Below are positions 37,526 through 48,710 of a stretch of 64,000 bases of DNA, piece by piece. The stretch is from Malacoraja senta. Its lineage: Eukaryota. Under the pieces are notes generated by a model that did no database searches, was not told the DNA's origin, and saw nothing but the letters and a program-made list of their open reading frames with translations. Each line of letters opens with the position of its first letter. Position 1 is the first letter of the stretch. The position numbers and the translations under genes are program-made. The stretch is from contig CM075991.1 of NCBI GenBank assembly GCA_038087875.1, forward strand, positions 13,766,001 through 13,830,000. The letters are read 5' to 3'.

Positions 37526-40500
37526 ACCAACAAAGATACCCATCAAATTAGTTCACCATGATTTGCCTTTGACAAACCTCTGCTGCCATTCTTTACACAT
37601 TTGACCCTAGTCACCAGCAATTCTGTCGACAAATATTTATTCAACTTTCCCCAACACTGAATTGAACTTTTTATTTTATATAAAATAAACCGCCAGCAGG
37701 ATTATTGGTGCTCCACTCCCTTTCCTGCTGGACATATACAGGAAGAGATGTATCAGCAGAGCCATCTCCATCATCAAAGACCCCTACCACCCATGGCATC
37801 ACATATTCTCCATCCTGCCATCTGGGAAGAGGTACCGGAGCATTAGGTGCAAAACCAGCAGGATGCTCCTCAGCTTCTTCCCGCAGGTTATAAGACTGAT
37901 AAACGGACTTTGCCCCCTGCCAAAGTATCGTGCACCAACCACCAACCTGGACACACTGCAGCAGAGCCACTGTCGTGCCGCTGCCGATCGGAACGCCTGT
38001 TGATGTTTAGTAGAGTAGAGTGTTCATTTGTTCATGATATATGTATTTTCACTTCTATTTATTTTTTACTGCACACTGAAATGGACACTGGTTGAGGAAC
38101 GTTGTTTTGTTTCCTCTGGGTATGCGAATACTCAGGATATGACAATAAAGATATACAATACAATACAATACAATATGTATGGGCTGCCTTTGATTTGAAA
38201 TGGTAATAAAGTGAGGAAAGATGAAAAATATTTGGCGACAAGAGCTTTGTTAATGAATTGAAAACTCCGTGAAGATTTAACCTTGTATTTTATAAACAGA
38301 TTGATCCAACCCACACATTAGGTCAAAGGTCCAGAATGCAATCTCCCATCCACTGTAACTGCACTTGAGTTGATGTTTAATGTATTCCTCTACTGGGCAG
38401 CACAGGTTCGATCCTGACTACGGGTGCTGTCTGTACGGAGTTTGTACGTTCTCCCCGTGACCGCGTGGGTTTTACCGGGTGTTCCGGTTTCCATCCCATT
38501 CCAACTCCAGGTTAATTGACCTCCGTATATTTGCCCCGAGAGTGTAGGATAGAACTGGTGTATGGGTGATCGATGGTCGAAGTGGACTCGGTGGGCCGAA
38601 GGACCGGTTTCCGCGCTGTATCTCTAAACTAAATTAAAGCTGCCTGGACAATCACCTCTGGTGACCCCAAAGTACAACATTTGTAAGGCGATTACATTTT
38701 GGGGCATGGAAGTCCAATGCAGTACCACACCCAGAGAATGCAAAGCTTCTTAAAAAATGATAATATCTTTGGTGATATGTAGCACTCCATACACATTAGG
38801 GGGAATTTTACTAAACTTTCCAGTGGAATTCAGTGCCAACAATAGTGACGAAATATTGATTGATTGAGAGATACAGCTTCAAAACAGGCTCTTCAGCCCA
38901 TCGAGTCCATGCCGACCATCGATCACCCATTCACACTCGTTCTATGTTATCCCACCTTCTCATCCACTAGGGGGCAATTTACAGAGCGTCAATTAACCAA
39001 CAAACCCACACGTCTTTGGGATGTGGGAGGAAACCGGGGGCACCCGGAGGAAACCCACGCAGGTCGCGGGGAGAACGTGCAAACTCCGTACGGACAGCAC
39101 CTGAGGTCAGGATCGCACCCGGGTATCTGGTGCTGTGAGGCTGGAGCGCTAGCTGTTGTAAGCCTGTCTTTCTATTAAACGGATAGAACGAGTGTACGTG
39201 TGATTGTTGGTCACGGTAGACTTGGTGGGCGATAGGCCTGCTTCTATATAGGGTCATTGTCTTTAACTGAACTAAAGGAAGCTGGCCATTCAGTCCATCG
39301 GATCCACACTATCCCTGCATTGCAGTACCTAGATGATCAAGATGACCACACGTACCTACCTGAAGCCCTGGATTTGCTGAGAGCGCTTGTAATTGATTAT
39401 GGTGGGAAGAGCTGGGAACATTTATACACACTGTTAGAATTTAGTTTTGCCCATTTAGAAAAAAAATCGGCCCACAATTTCTGTGCCGAACATGTTGCCA
39501 AATGAAACCTTTCTCCTCAGTCTGCATGTGATGTGCATCCCTCCATTCCCTGCATAATCGTGTTAGTCCTCTAATATCCTGGAATGCGTGGACAGAGTCA
39601 GAAGATTTGCTCAAAGTCCTTATCAATGTGGAAAGCTGAGGGAATAAGAGACACAAAGTGCTGGAGTAACTCAGTGGGTCAGCAGCATCTCTGGAGAATA
39701 TGATTAGTTGATGTTTTGGGTCGGGACCCCTTCTTCAGACTAATTGGGGGCGGGCGAGGGGGGAGAGAAAGCTGGATGAAAGGAGGGGCAGGACAAAGAG
39801 TGGAAGGGAATAGTTGAACACAAGTAAGTGTGGGGGGAGGGGGGGGGGTGCTGGGCAGATGGTTGGACAAAGGCCAGAGGGAAGAAAGCAGAAGGTGTGA
39901 GACAAAAGGATTGAAGAGTTGCGAATAGTGAAGCCAGAGGAAGGAATGTAGGGGGAGGGGAGAAATAGGTGTGGGTCCAGGTGGGGGGTGTGGGAGAGGG
40001 GGTGGGGGGGGAGATGGAGGGGGGTTATGAGAAGTTACCTAAAATTGGAGAAAGTTGGGGATGTGTACTTGTCCTTATCAAAGCTTTTTTGAGGCATTTT
40101 ATGGGCTGGGCTTGTTGCTCCTTTACACCTGCCCTTCCCAACCCCAGGTAGAGAGGAGCTATGTGGCATCTCTCTGCCAAGCCTCACTGTTGATGGATAA
40201 GAACTAGTTCTCCAGAGATGCTCCCTGTCCCGCTGAGTCCTTCCAGCACTTGCGGCACGGTGGCGCAGCGGTAGAGTTGCTGTCTCACAGCGCCAAAGGC
40301 CCGGGTTTGAGCCAGATTATGGGTGCTGTCCGTACGGAGTTTGCACGCTCTCCCTGTCACCGCGTGGGCTTTCCCTGAGTGCTCCGGTTTCCTCCCACAT
40401 TCTAAAGACATAGGGGTTTGCAGGTTGATTTGGTAAAAATTGTTCATTGTCCCCAGTGTGAAGAATTATGCTAGTTTATGGGGGATCGCTGGTCGGTGTG

Positions 40501-40599
40501 GACTCGCTGGGCCGAAGGGCCTTTTCACGCTGTATCTCTAAAGTCTAAAGTGTCTTCAGAATGGACTCTGTTCAGGCTGCATGGTTTTACTGACTGTCA

Positions 40600-41710
40600 A
40601 GTCAAGTCAAGCGTGTTTATTGTCATGTGTCCCAGATAGGACAATGACATTTTTGCTTTGCATCAGCACAACAGAACATAGTAGGCACAAATACAGATCA
40701 TATCATATCAGTGAGTCCATACACCATTATATAAATATATACGCACATCAATAAATAAGCAGATAACGTGCCAATAAACAGATAATGGTCTATTAATGAT
40801 CAGAGATTTGTTTGAGTTGAGTTTAATAGCCTGATGGCTGTGGGGAAGCAGCTGTTTCTGCACCTGGACGTTGCAGTCTTCAGGCTCCTGTACCTTCTAC
40901 CTGAAGGTAGCGGGGAGATGAGTGTGTGGCCAGGATGGTGTGGGTCCTTGATGATGCTGCCAGCCTTTTTGAGGCAGCGACTGCGATAGATCCCCTCGAT
41001 GGTAGGGAGGTCAGAGCCGATGATGGACTGGGCAGTGTTTACTACTTTTTGTAGTCTTTTCCGCTCCTGGGCTCTTAAGTTGCCGAACCAAGCGGTCAGC
41101 ATGCTCTCTACTGTGCACCTGTAGAAGTTAGAGAGAGTCCTCCTTGACAAACCGACTCTCCGTAATCTTCTCAGGAAGTAGAGGTGCTGATGTGCTTTCT
41201 TAATAATGGCATCAGTGTTCTCGGACCAGGAGAGATCTTCAGAAATATGCACGCCCAGGAATTTGAAGCTCTTGACCCTCTCCACCATCGACCCATTGAT
41301 ATAAACGGGACTGTGGGTCCCCATCCTACTCCTTCCAAAGTCCACAATCAGTTCCTTGGTTTTGCTGGTGTTGAGGGCCAGGTTATTGTGCTGGCACCAT
41401 TTGGTCAGTCGGTCAATCTCACTTGTATACTCTGACTCTTCCCCATGAGTGATATGTCCCACAACAGTGATGTCGTCAGCGAACTTGATGATGCAGTTCG
41501 CACTATTACCGGCTACGCAGTCATGAGTATAGAGTGAGTACAGCAGGGGGCTGAGCACGCAGCCTTGAGGTGCTCCCGTGCTGATTGTTATCGAGGATGA
41601 CACATTTCCACCAATACGGACAGTCTGTGGACTGTGAATGAGGAAGTCGAGGATCCAATTGCAGAAGGATGCGCAGAGACCCAGATCTGAGAGCTTGGAG
41701 GGGATGATTC
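40600..41710 (-). mobile_element. Rex1/Babar-clade LINE, 5'-truncated RT region and 3' UTR
   Basis: 307-aa ORF containing [21 protein letters not shown]...IKFADD...FKFLGVHI; (ttgac)n tail. Confidence 0.88.
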
Positions 41711-42686
41711 CCACTCTTCCCACTCTTCCTCCCTACCTGCTGAGACGTGCTCGCTGTTCCAACCAGGAGCACTTTCTCACTCCGTCTAAGCAACCACCCC
41801 ACCCCACCAATGACCAGCACTCGCCGGCAAGCAGCCACAAAGGAGGAGGAAGGAACTGCAAATGCTGGTTTACACCAAAGATAGACACAAAATGCTGGAG
41901 TAACTCAGCGGTTTTAGTGTTAGAGATACAGCCCGGAAACAGGCCCTTCGGCCAACCGGGTCCGCGCAGACTAACATTATCCTACACCCACTCAGGACAA
42001 TTTTTACCTTTACCAAGCCAATTAACCTAAACCTGTACGACTTTGGGTGCGGGAGGAAACCGAAGATCTCGGAGAAAACCCACGCAGGTCACGGGGAGAA
42101 CGTACAAACTCCGTACAGTGAGCGCCCATAGTCGGGATCGAACCCGGGTCATTTCAGGTGACGTTTCAGGTCGGGACCCCTCTTCAGACTGACTCTCATT
42201 CTGAAGAAGGGTCTCAACCTGAAACGTCATCTATTCCTTTTCTCCAGAGATACTGTCTGACCCGCTGAGTTACTTCAGCTTTTTGTGCCTAGCTTCAGTT
42301 TAAACCAGCATCTGCAGTTCCTTCCTAAATATTATATATCACATATTATATATCACTGTAAATTCTATAGACTATTATATTTTGGCAAGACCAAGTGCAA
42401 ACTGGCCGCTCGTTTCGCTGGACACCTTCGCTCAGTCTGTCTTGGTCTGTGCGATCTCCCGGTTGCCAAACACTTTAATCCCCCTCCCATTCCCACTCCA
42501 ACTTTTCTGTCCTGGGCCTCCTCCATTGCCATACGTAAATTGGAGGAACAGCACCTCATATTTCGCTTGGGCAGCTTACACTTCAGCGGTGTGAACATTG
42601 ACTTCTCTAACTTCAAGTAACCCTTGCGTTCTCTCTCTCTCCGCCCCCCCCCCCCTCCACCACCCTAGTCATCATACTAGTTTGAC

Positions 42687-43776
42687 TGGAGAAACTCAGC
42701 GGGTGAGGCTGCATCTATGGAGCGACGGAAATGGGCAACGTTTCGGGCCGAAATCCTTCTTCAGACTGATGTGAGGGGGGGGCAGGAAGAAGAAAGGAAG
42801 AGGTGGAGCCAGTGGGCTAGGGAGAGCTGAGAAGGGGAAGAGAATTAGAGAAGTCAATGTTCATACCGCTGGGGTACAAACTACCCAAGCGAAATATGAG
42901 GCGCTGCTCCTCCAATTTCCGGTGGTCCTCACTCTGGCCATGGAGGAGACCCAGGACAGAAAGATCGGATTCGGAATGGGAGGGGGAGTTGAAGTGCTGA
43001 GCCACCGGGAGATCAGGTTGGTTAATGCGAACCGAGCGGAGGTGTTCGGCGAAGTAATCGCCAAGTCTACGCTTGGTCTCACCGATGTAGATCAGCTGAC
43101 ATCTAGAGCAGCGGATGCAATAGATGAGGTTGGAGGAGATGCAGGTGAACCTCTGTCGCACCTGGAAAGACTGTTTGGGTCCTTGAATGGAGTCAAGGGG
43201 GGAGGTAAAGCGACAAGTGTAGCATTTCTTGCGGTTGCAAGGGAAAGTGCCCGGAGAGGAGGTGGTTTCGTGTGGGAAGGGACGAATGGACCAGGGAGTT
43301 ACGGAGGGAGCGGTCTCTGCGGAAAGCAGACAGGGGAGGAGATGGGAAGATGTGGCAAGTGGTGGGGTCACATTGGAGGTGGCGAAAATGACGGAGGATT
43401 ATTTGTTGTAGGTGACGGCTGGTGGGGTGGAAGGTGAGGACAAGGGGGACTCTGCCCCTGTTACGAGTGGGGGGCTGGGGAGAGAGATCAGTCACGGGGT
43501 ATTGAAGAGACCCTGGTGAGAGCCTCATCTATGGTAGAAGAGGGGAACCCCCGTTCCCTGAAGAATGAGGACATCTGCGATGCCCTGGTGTGGAACACCT
43601 CATCCTGGGAGCAGATGCGGCGTAGAGAGAGGAAGTGTGAGTAGGGGATGGAGTCCCAACAGGAAGCAGGGTGGGAAGAAGTGTAGTCCAGATAGCCATG
43701 GGAGTCCGTGAGTTTATAGTGGATGTCGGTCAGAAGTCTATCACCTGCTACCATCACAGGTGATAGACTTCTGACC
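42687..43776 (-). mobile_element. Penelope-like retroelement, 5'-truncated: RT C-terminus, GIY-YIG endonuclease and 3' end
   Basis: DIHYKLTDSHGYLDYTSSHP...SIPYS; CNRKKCYTC; IYCIRCSRCQLIYIGETKRRLGDYFAEH; frameshifted; 20-bp inverted duplication at the 5' end. Confidence 0.9.
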
Positions 43777-43873
43777 AACACCACGGCCACGCTTGGCCAG
43801 GCCGACCCTGCAGCGCCGCCATGGCAACGGGCCTACATGGTCAGGTCAAGATCCCTGCACTTACAACAACTGG

Positions 43874-44912
43874 TAGATATGTTACAAAACTTACCTTCAG
43901 CGGCGCTGCAGTTCTGCCACTGGCCGTGTGCGCGACTTTGGCGCCTTTGAGGGGGGGGCGGGGTTAAAATGCGTTTTTTTCTCCTGCCTGTCCTGGATAT
44001 ATTTTCTCGGGCTGCTAGCTAATGCTGAAGAATTGTTCCGACTGCCGTTCTGTGAATTTTTTTTTTAAATCGTGGGCCAATTTCAGCTCTGGAGTAAAAT
44101 AAAAATCCGCTTCTAATGCCGTCAACGCTGATAACCGGGACGGATTTCACGTACGGGACAGCTAAAGGTAAGCCGTTTATTTTACATATAAACGTGCTTC
44201 TTAGGATTACCTTAATCCAAATTTTACGTCGTGAAACGGTGATTTAGGCCCCATACGAACCGGCAGAGTTTTTCCTGCCGATATGGAGTTTAAATTCACC
44301 GCAACCACAACAATCCAATCGATCGCGTTCCACAAAATCCCACTCGCAAGATGATTAAAATGGCTATTAATTTACAGGAATTAAACACTAAATTCCTTCC
44401 ATTTGGCCTATAAATTCATGACAATGAGATTTAAAAATTATGTTATATTGTGAATTCTTGTGTGAATGTTATTTGGACACAGACTATTTAAAAATGTTAA
44501 TCTTTTCTTAAGAAATGGATAGATGTTTAGATCTAGTAATTGAATTTTGTAATTAGCTACAATTATGTAACTAACTAATTATATGCTTTAATTTCAGGTC
44601 ATCCTAGTAAGATTGTTTCATATTTGTTTCAGAATGCTTCAATCTATAATAACTGGAAATTTATTTCAGTTCTCTTAATTTTTAAGAAAGTTATGGGCTT
44701 TTGACTGTCCTCGATCACAGCTTTTGTGTTGTCAATGGAAAAGCAATAGGGAACAAAATGCTAATTTCCGAGTATGAAAATGGCCATAACTTTTTTAATA
44801 CTGAAGATATGAAAGTGAATTAGGTGTCAAATTAAACTTCTAATTATGCTTTATCTGATGGGGTAAATTGCAGACTTGATTTTAAAAATCTCAAAATGTT
44901 GTAACATTGCTA
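43874..44912. mobile_element. Non-autonomous DNA transposon with TAG...CTA termini and 7-bp TSD (hAT-related?)
   Basis: tagatatgttacaa...ttgtaacattgcta; caactgg on both sides; AT-rich, no long ORF. Confidence 0.8.
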
Positions 44913-46332
44913 CAACTGGGACTTGAAAATGGTCCCAATGTAGCGACTCTGTACACCGTCTCAGTGCACGACTGCTGTACACTTGTACCGTGTATGAGAT
45001 GCTTACCCACGATGTATCTAAAGACTTATGTATAGTGATACTTGTACTGAACTGTGTACAAAAATGAATTTCACTGTACTTCTGTATATGTTACTAATAA
45101 AGTACAATTGTACCATAGATACCAAGTAGCTGAAAGGCTGTTGTGTTTCAGGAAGTGTTGAGACAGAGATACAAACGTCCTCAACTTCCTCCTTCCAGTT
45201 ACCGCTCCCAAAGATGCACACAGACTTCTGAAACACTTGTGCTCCGTTTCGCAGAACACCTCCGCACAGTCCACCTTGGCCTATGTGATCTCCCAGTTGC
45301 CAATCGTCTCAACTCCCCCTCCCATTCCCACACTGACCTTTCTGTCCTGGGCCTCCTCCATTGCCAGAGTTTGACCCAGTGCAAATTGGAGGAACAGCAC
45401 CTCATATTTCGCTTGGGCAGCTTACACCCCATTGACTTCTCAAATTTCAAGTATTCGCATTGCATTCGCTTCCCCCGCCCCCCCACCCCAAAAAAACCTC
45501 TTCACCCCCACAGAGATCGGAGTCACAAGCAGAGTTCTAGTTCCGGTTACAGTTAAGCAACTACAAGAGGCACTTATGAAATTATAACTAAGATCTACAA
45601 AAACCCATCAATATAAAGAGATACGGGCAGCACGAAGGCGCAGCGGTAGAACTACTACCTCACAGCGACAGAGACCCAGGTTGGATCCTGATTACGGGTG
45701 CTGCCCGTATGGAGTCTGCGCTTGCACGTTCTCCCCGTGACCGCGCGGGTTTTCTCCGGGTGCTCCGGTTTCCGCCCACATTCCGAAGATGAACAGCTTT
45801 GCCCGTTAATTGCCCTCAGTAAAAATTGTAAAACGTCACTAGTGTTGGAGATAGTGCTAGTGGACGGGGTGATCACTGATCAGCACGGACTCGGCGGGCC
45901 GAAAGGCCTGTTTCCGCCGTGTATCACTGAACTACATTTTTTTAAAGATGACCGAAGAATTATAATAGAGCTTCCTCTTTCTTCCCCGGTTGTACAGCTG
46001 GTAAAATGGGTCCACAGGCAATTGCTTTACAGCCTTGAGAGTGAATTCTAAAACTTGCCTAAAGTTAAACGACCATAAGATATAGTAGCAGGATTAGGCC
46101 ATTGCACACTTAGTTTTGATTGTGCTGATGAATAATATGATTTTTTGCAACACAAAGTATTTCACTGGATCTCGCTACATGTGACAATATAGTATAATTG
46201 AACTATGTGATAATAGGGAATAGGTAAACATTAGAATTTTACCCCCCACAGGTTACAAACCATAACCACCTCCTCCTACCCCTCTCATAACAACTTGAAC
46301 GCAAGTCCCGATCAACTCCAACGCCAGACTTC

Positions 46333-46475
46333 CTTATTCTTCTTCTTGCGTATGGCGTGCACAGCCTAAAGTTGGAGGACAACTTGTTCTCTTTGATCTT
46401 ATTTGATTGTGCACACCGGGTTGATTGCATTCGTCGAAACAGGGTGGACCACGTGAAGGTTGCAACTCCCACCCC
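46333..46475 (-). mobile_element. Short ribozyme-headed non-autonomous retroelement (Ingi/Vingi-like?) with (AAG)n tail
   Basis: About 143 nt from ribozyme G1 to ...gccatacgcaagaagaagaataag. Confidence 0.65.
46424..46475 (-). ncRNA. Minimal HDV-like (CPEB3-type) self-cleaving ribozyme, predicted
   Basis: Minus strand reads GGGGUGG GA GUUGCA ACC UUCACGU GGU CCACCCU G U-UUCG-A CGAA UGCAAU: fully paired 7-bp P1, P2, P3, UUCG mini-P4, catalytic C at 46433. Confidence 0.85.
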
Positions 46476-47394
46476 AGTTTCATATTGATGATAGACTTGA
46501 TAGAGATACAGCGTGGAAACAGGCCCTTCGGCCCACCGAGTCCACACTGACCAGCGAACCCTGCACATTAATACTATCCGGCCCACACTAGGGTCAAGTC
46601 CCAGGCCCCGACCACGGGTGAACATTGGGGAACATCAGCGAGGAGGTTGACTGGACTTTGGTTCCTTCCCTCACAGTGGGAACTTTGGTACCGCTGTGGG
46701 GATGTTTGTGTTGTGGACCACTGTGTTCTGTGTTTTGTGGGGTTTTTTATTTTATTTTTTGTATGACTGTAAGGGAAAAAAATGTTGTTGTCTCTTCATT
46801 GAAGAGAATGACAATAAATTAAATCAAATCAAATCAAACATACACCAAGCCAATTAACCGACATACCTGGGTAAGTAAGAACTGCAGATGCTGGTTTAAA
46901 TCGAAGGTAGACACAAAATGCTGGAGTAACTCCTCAGGTGAGGCAGCTGGAGAGAAGGAATGGCCGATGTTTCGGGGCTGAAGAAGGGTCTCGACCTGAA
47001 ACGTCGCCCATTCCTTCTCTCCAGAGATGCTGCCTGTCCTGCTGAGTTACTCCAGCATTGTGTGTCCAATTTAGCATCATGTTTAGCACGGACATTGTGG
47101 GCCGAAGGGCCTGTTGCTGGGTTATACTGTTCTATGGGGTGAATAAGCCCAATACCAGCTGAGCCTCAGACACTTCCCAAAACCATAGAGAAGTGAAGCC
47201 GGGTAGAGTGTGGGCGATGGAGTTGTGGGTCACGGTGCAGGGAAAGTCTTGCACCCAGGGACAACACCTGTTTAACAAACAGTCAATGGTACCCATGCAT
47301 CCTGAGGCCTAGCGTTGATCCAAGGAGCAGCACTTCTGGTGTGGCAGTCGTGCAGTGCAGCACTTTCCCCCAGTGCAGCCCCTCCAACAGCTTC

Positions 47395-47497
47395 CTCCCC
47401 GTGCAGCTCCCTCCAGTGCAGCCCCTTGCCCCAGTGCAGCCCCTTGCCCCAGTGCAGCCCCTTGCCCCAGTGCAGCCCCTTGCCCCAGTGCAGCCCC
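47395..47497. repeat. 18-bp minisatellite (cagtgcagccccttgccc)n with degenerate flanks at 47350-47670
   Basis: 4-5 near-perfect units visible. Confidence 0.9.
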
Positions 47498-48379
47498 CTC
47501 TCCCCGCTCACTGCAGCACCCCTTCCCCCAACGCAGTCCCCTACCCCCCCCAACACCACACCTGCCCCAGTGAAGCTCCCTTCTCCCCCACAATGCAGCT
47601 CCTCCCCCCCATCCATGAAGCTCCTTCCTTCTCCCCCATGTCACACGTGCCCCAGTGCAGCCCCCTTTCCCCAACTATTAACCAGCATATGCACTTCCTC
47701 GTTCCTGCAAGGGACTTCACTGTATTTGTTTAGTAAAGGCTATGTTTTCGCAGAAGAGAGCCCAGCCCAACTCTGCCCTCAACCCACATCAGACAGGGGA
47801 GGTCGGACTTACAATCGGACCCTTGTCTGACTGGAGCTGGGTTTCTCGTGATCCTCTCTCCTGCCAAAGGGTTTTTAACCTCAAAGATTACACATCCCTG
47901 CTGTTCCAACAAAGTAGGCCCAATGTAAATCTGCCCACCCGACTCCAAAAGCTCAGTGGGTTCCTGTGTCTGATGGGGAGGTTGAGATGGGGGCTGAAAG
48001 ATGATTGCGTATGGGCGGCCCGGTGGCGCAGCGGTAGAGTCGCTGCCTGACAGCGCTTGCTGCGCCAGAGACCCGGGTTCCATCTCGACTGTCTGTACCG
48101 AGTTTGTACGTTCTCCCCGTGACCTGGGTGGGTTTTCTCCGAGATCTTCGGTTTCTTCCCACACTTCAAAGACGTACAGGTTTGTAGGCTAATTGGCTTG
48201 GTGGATGTGTAACTTGTCCCTAGTGCGTGCAGGATAGTGTTGGTGTGCGGAGATCGCTGGTCGGTGCAGACGAGGTGGGCCAAAGGGCCTGTTTCCGTGC
48301 TGTATCTCTAAACTAAACTAAAAGGTAATTCTACAAGGCAACGGTATGGGCCAATTGACCCTGTTAACTGCGAAAGAGA

Positions 48380-48710
48380 GAAAGGCTTGCATTTTACTAT
48401 CGCCTTTCATCTCCCATTGAGAATGCCCGTATCCACTCCCTGCCAATTGGGGGGGGCTTCGAAGTATGACCATCGCCACAAGTTAGGAAGCGCGAGAGCG
48501 TGTTTTTTTTTTTAAGAGGCAACAGCCACGCAGCAATGAGACAAAGGCTCATCTACCACAGGTGCAGATCAGGGGAAGCACGACGCTGAACTACCAGGAA
48601 AAACACTCTGCTCCTCCACAAACTGCGACCAGCATCTCTGACCGCCACACTCCAGAGAAGACAGGGCCTCTGTTTAATGCTTCCGACAGAAGAGGGCATC
48701 TCTGAGTAGG
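48380..48710 (-). mobile_element. Ancient, degenerate Deu-domain SINE (SacSINE1/AmnSINE-like)
   Basis: acagggcctctgtttaatgcttccgacagaagagggcatctc and ttgcattttactatcgcctttca resemble the reverse of the Deu domain and tail as I recall them. Confidence 0.45.

Noticed and set aside
40800..41723. Domesticated or host RT gene
   Set aside because: 5'-truncated Rex-Babar ORF2 with a normal LINE tail and no endonuclease or splice structure.
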